Shown here: one piece after another, positions 61,383 to 64,000 of the stretch
How positions within the stretch are numbered: position 1 is the first letter of the stretch
Layout: each line of letters opens with the position of its first letter
Source: a virus
IMG/VR virus record: IMGVR_UViG_3300028197_001738
Location: 1 to 64,000 of that record
DNA: 64,000 bases
Reading direction: 5' to 3' (one strand)
Position numbers and translations under genes: made by a program
The notes under the pieces: model-generated
Told to the model about the DNA's origin: nothing
Databases searched by the model: none
Seen by the model: only the letters and a program-made list of their open reading frames with translations

Positions 61383-63032
61383 TTATTCTATATCTGCTGA
61401 AACAAAACTTACTGAATCGGATAGTTTACAATCTGTACATGTGACTCTGAAAATATTACTCTCAAATATATTGGCTTGGCAATCAGATTCTTGAACATAT
61501 AATCTAACATCAACATATTCTGGTAAATCATTTTGATAAGCCTTCACGGTCTTGCTTGTGTCTACATAGGGGTTGTAATCCATAACATACGTAAACCCTG
61601 AAGGACAAGATCCAGTGGACTCACAAAGAGTAAAAGGGAAATCTATGGTTTGATAAGAAAGTTCAGGACGTATAATACCAGTAGATAAAGGAATGTATAG
61701 AGGCCAGTTACTACCCTCCTCCGATTCTATATAATAATTATATATTTTCTTAACATCTAGATCTGTTAGTTTGGCCTGAACAGAGACTCCATCTCCTCTA
61801 CTTAAGCTAACCTCTTTAACTCCTTTAGCAGAAAGCTCCGGAGTAGGATCAGGAGGAAAACAATCATCACAACCTAAATGCATAATATTAGACTTTATAG
61901 ACTGATCTGGACAATCTAGTGCTGATACGCTCATTGTAATTTTAGCTTCATAATCATCTTTGTTAAACAAGCATCCGTCTTCTAGCTGATAGTCCAATAC
62001 TTTGTCATGAGATTGTATAGCTAATCCAGTAGCTTCGGAAAATTCTACATACGAATCTATACAATATGTATTTGTAGGGGAATGGAACATTCCTGTAATG
62101 TTATCCATAATCACAGGCCAGTTAGACCTAATGGCTGAGTATTCATACTTATATTGTCTGTATGGAACAATACCACTAACTATGGCAACAAATTCGGCAT
62201 AATTGTTATTGTTTTCTGTTAGTACTAATCGACTAGGTATTCCTAATATGGGTTTGGGTAGACAGTCATTACAGTCTAGATTCATAGTATTGCTATAGAC
62301 TTCATCATAATCACAAGAATCAGGCTCTATGTATAATCTCAAATTGCAAAAATTTTGATTATTATTCATGCATGTAGGATCTAAATCATAAGCCATAACA
62401 CTGTCAGAGCCATTTGGACAAACACCCGTGCCTTCACAGAACACAACCTTGGTTGGTATCATACAGTTATCTTCTGCTGCTAATATTTGTCCTGTGGGAG
62501 GATATACTTTAGCTGGCCAGTTAGCATCAACAGATTCATATCTATAGTTGTATCTTTCTTTGGGAACTAAACCTCTTACATTAGCAGTAAACTCTATGTT
62601 ATTTGTAGCTGTTTGTTGATTATCTAACACAATATTATTTGTAAGGGTGTATTGTTCAGGTAGCTCAACAGAGACATTGGGTATGCATGTGTCACATGTT
62701 ACATAAACGGGATCGCTAAAAACCTGAATACTTGGGTCCTCTACTAAGGATGCTTTTAGTCTAACAAAAGCAAATACGTCAGATCTATCTTTTGTGCATG
62801 TCTTAGTCATAGAATATGGCATAGTCTGTGTATCCTCTGAACATCCACTAGATGAACAAAAAGAAACAGCAGCTGAAACAGAACCACTTTTAGCAACAGC
62901 AGTGAATTCTCCAGATGTTGGTAAAACAGTAGCTGGCCAATTACCGCCTAAACCCTCTACTGTAAATGAGTAATTTAATCGTTTTAATAGGCCGTTTAAT
63001 TCAAAATTGATAGGAACAGTATTATTTGGCAT
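61383..63032 (-). CDS. Protein of 4 Cys-rich 'NWP' repeats
   Basis: GGNWP, DANWP, RSNWP, GSNWP; CDTC/CNDC/CDDC/CTDC. Confidence 0.8.
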   Translation of the reverse strand: MPNNTVPINFELNGLLKRLNYSFTVEGLGGNWPATVLPTSGEFTAVAKSGSVSAAVSFCSSSGCSEDTQTMPYSMTKTCTKDRSDVFAFVRLKASLVEDPSIQVFSDPVYVTCDTCIPNVSVELPEQYTLTNNIVLDNQQTATNNIEFTANVRGLVPKERYNYRYESVDANWPAKVYPPTGQILAAEDNCMIPTKVVFCEGTGVCPNGSDSVMAYDLDPTCMNNNQNFCNLRLYIEPDSCDYDEVYSNTMNLDCNDCLPKPILGIPSRLVLTENNNNYAEFVAIVSGIVPYRQYKYEYSAIRSNWPVIMDNITGMFHSPTNTYCIDSYVEFSEATGLAIQSHDKVLDYQLEDGCLFNKDDYEAKITMSVSALDCPDQSIKSNIMHLGCDDCFPPDPTPELSAKGVKEVSLSRGDGVSVQAKLTDLDVKKIYNYYIESEEGSNWPLYIPLSTGIIRPELSYQTIDFPFTLCESTGSCPSGFTYVMDYNPYVDTSKTVKAYQNDLPEYVDVRLYVQESDCQANIFESNIFRVTCTDCKLSDSVSFVSADIE

Positions 63033-63037
63033 ATTGA

Positions 63038-64000
63038 TTACCTGATAAATGATATGGTACTAGTATTACTATACACTTTATTTCCTGGACAGTCATAAGA
63101 TTCGACAGCTGCACGAACTTTAACATTATATACACTAGTTAATATGTCTTCCCCTGCTAAAAAAGTAGGATATTTGGGAACATCATAATTAGGTATATTA
63201 TCTCCTCCCTGTGGACATAATCCACTAGTAGGACATAAGAAAAATCTGGTGTTTTTTTGAACAGCTAAATCAGATCCTTTTTTGGCCGTTATAACTCCTC
63301 CAGTAGGAGAAACAAAAATTATGGGCCATTCTGCATCTAGTATTTCTATACTATAATTAAAATTTGTATCTTTTTCAAAAACCCCACCAGGACTTTTGTC
63401 CGTTGGCGTAAGAGCAAAATTAAATTCATGATAAGCAAAGCCGTCGAAATCTTCTTCTATTATTGTTTTTTCATTAAGAGTAGCACCCTCTGTGTCTGTA
63501 ATTTCTATTTGATAATTATCTGGTAAACAATCTTCACAAATTACAGTTTGTTGATCGCCATAAACTTGTAAATCTGGACGTATTACAGGACTTAAACCTA
63601 AGCGGATATTAGCATATTTGATACTATTGTCTCTCATCAAACATCCATCATTTATAGAATAATCTATTACATTATCTCCGCAAACAACTCCTGTTGCTGG
63701 ACAAAATAGTAAATTTACATCAATTTTACCAGTATCTTTAGAAGGTTTAATTAAGCCAGAAACAGGGGAGATATTAACTGGCCAGTTTGCAGCAACGCTT
63801 TCCACATTATAAGAATATACCTCAAAAGGTCTTAAGTTAGATAAATTAAATACTATATCAGCAGAATTATTCTCTGTCAATTTTATCTGAGATATTCCAT
63901 TTGTTGATTGAACATTAAATAATAATGGTGGTTCATCTTCAGAAACGTCACCATCGCCATCTCCTCCCCCATCTCCGCCCCCATCTCCCCCATCTTCAGG
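63038..64000 (-). CDS. 'NWP'-repeat protein, 5'-truncated by the window edge
   Basis: Frame stays open beyond 63880 to 64000 (PEDGGDGGGDGGGDGDGD...); AANWP, DAEWP, CEDC. Confidence 0.8.
   Translation of the reverse strand, partial: PEDGGDGGGDGGGDGDGDVSEDEPPLLFNVQSTNGISQIKLTENNSADIVFNLSNLRPFEVYSYNVESVAANWPVNISPVSGLIKPSKDTGKIDVNLLFCPATGVVCGDNVIDYSINDGCLMRDNSIKYANIRLGLSPVIRPDLQVYGDQQTVICEDCLPDNYQIEITDTEGATLNEKTIIEEDFDGFAYHEFNFALTPTDKSPGGVFEKDTNFNYSIEILDAEWPIIFVSPTGGVITAKKGSDLAVQKNTRFFLCPTSGLCPQGGDNIPNYDVPKYPTFLAGEDILTSVYNVKVRAAVESYDCPGNKVYSNTSTISFIR

Noticed and set aside
1-64000. Stop-codon reassignment
   Set aside because: Conserved genes are full length under code 11, and TAA, TAG and TGA all end genes at sensible positions.
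1-64000. Eukaryotic or giant-virus origin suggested by mucin-like and poly-Pro proteins
   Set aside because: SD sequences, overlapping operons, DnaE/DnaB/DnaG/RecA/SSB and PhoH point to a bacteriophage.

Overview
AT-rich, densely coding 64 kb segment of a large tailed-phage (probably jumbo-type) genome. It uses the standard bacterial code. No rRNA, tRNA, CRISPR array, integrase, transposase or reverse transcriptase was recognised. There are two convergent blocks. The + strand block (1-39893) contains: (i) adhesin/fibre-like proteins with Mtd-N, PKD, BspA/DUF285 repeats, FGE/C-type-lectin folds and mucin-like Thr/Pro stalks; (ii) a membrane-protein/papain-like peptidase cluster that may be the lysis module; (iii) nucleotide metabolism (dCMP deaminase, class II RNR, dNMP kinase) and PhoH; (iv) a bacterial-type replication/recombination set (RecA, DnaB, DnaG, a DnaE split into two genes around a DnaQ, SSB, a Rad52/Sak-like protein); (v) an 8-gene block of intact and degenerate glycosyl-, nucleotidyl- and methyltransferase-like genes. 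The - strand block (39896-64000) encodes very large putative tail/baseplate proteins, a Gly-rich fibre and three proteins built from a Cys-rich ~130-aa 'NWP' repeat. The strongest oddities are two circularly permuted FGE/CLec domains, the intein-less split DnaE, the mucin-like proteins alongside a large glyco-enzyme block (candidate virion or DNA glycosylation system), a nested Gly-rich domain, a probable non-AUG start, and a recurring GGTGTAT intergenic motif. The FGE domains resemble those I recall from Planctomycetota PEP-CTERM proteins, so a PVC-group host is possible, but this is inference only. All assignments come from reading motifs by eye; no database search was run.
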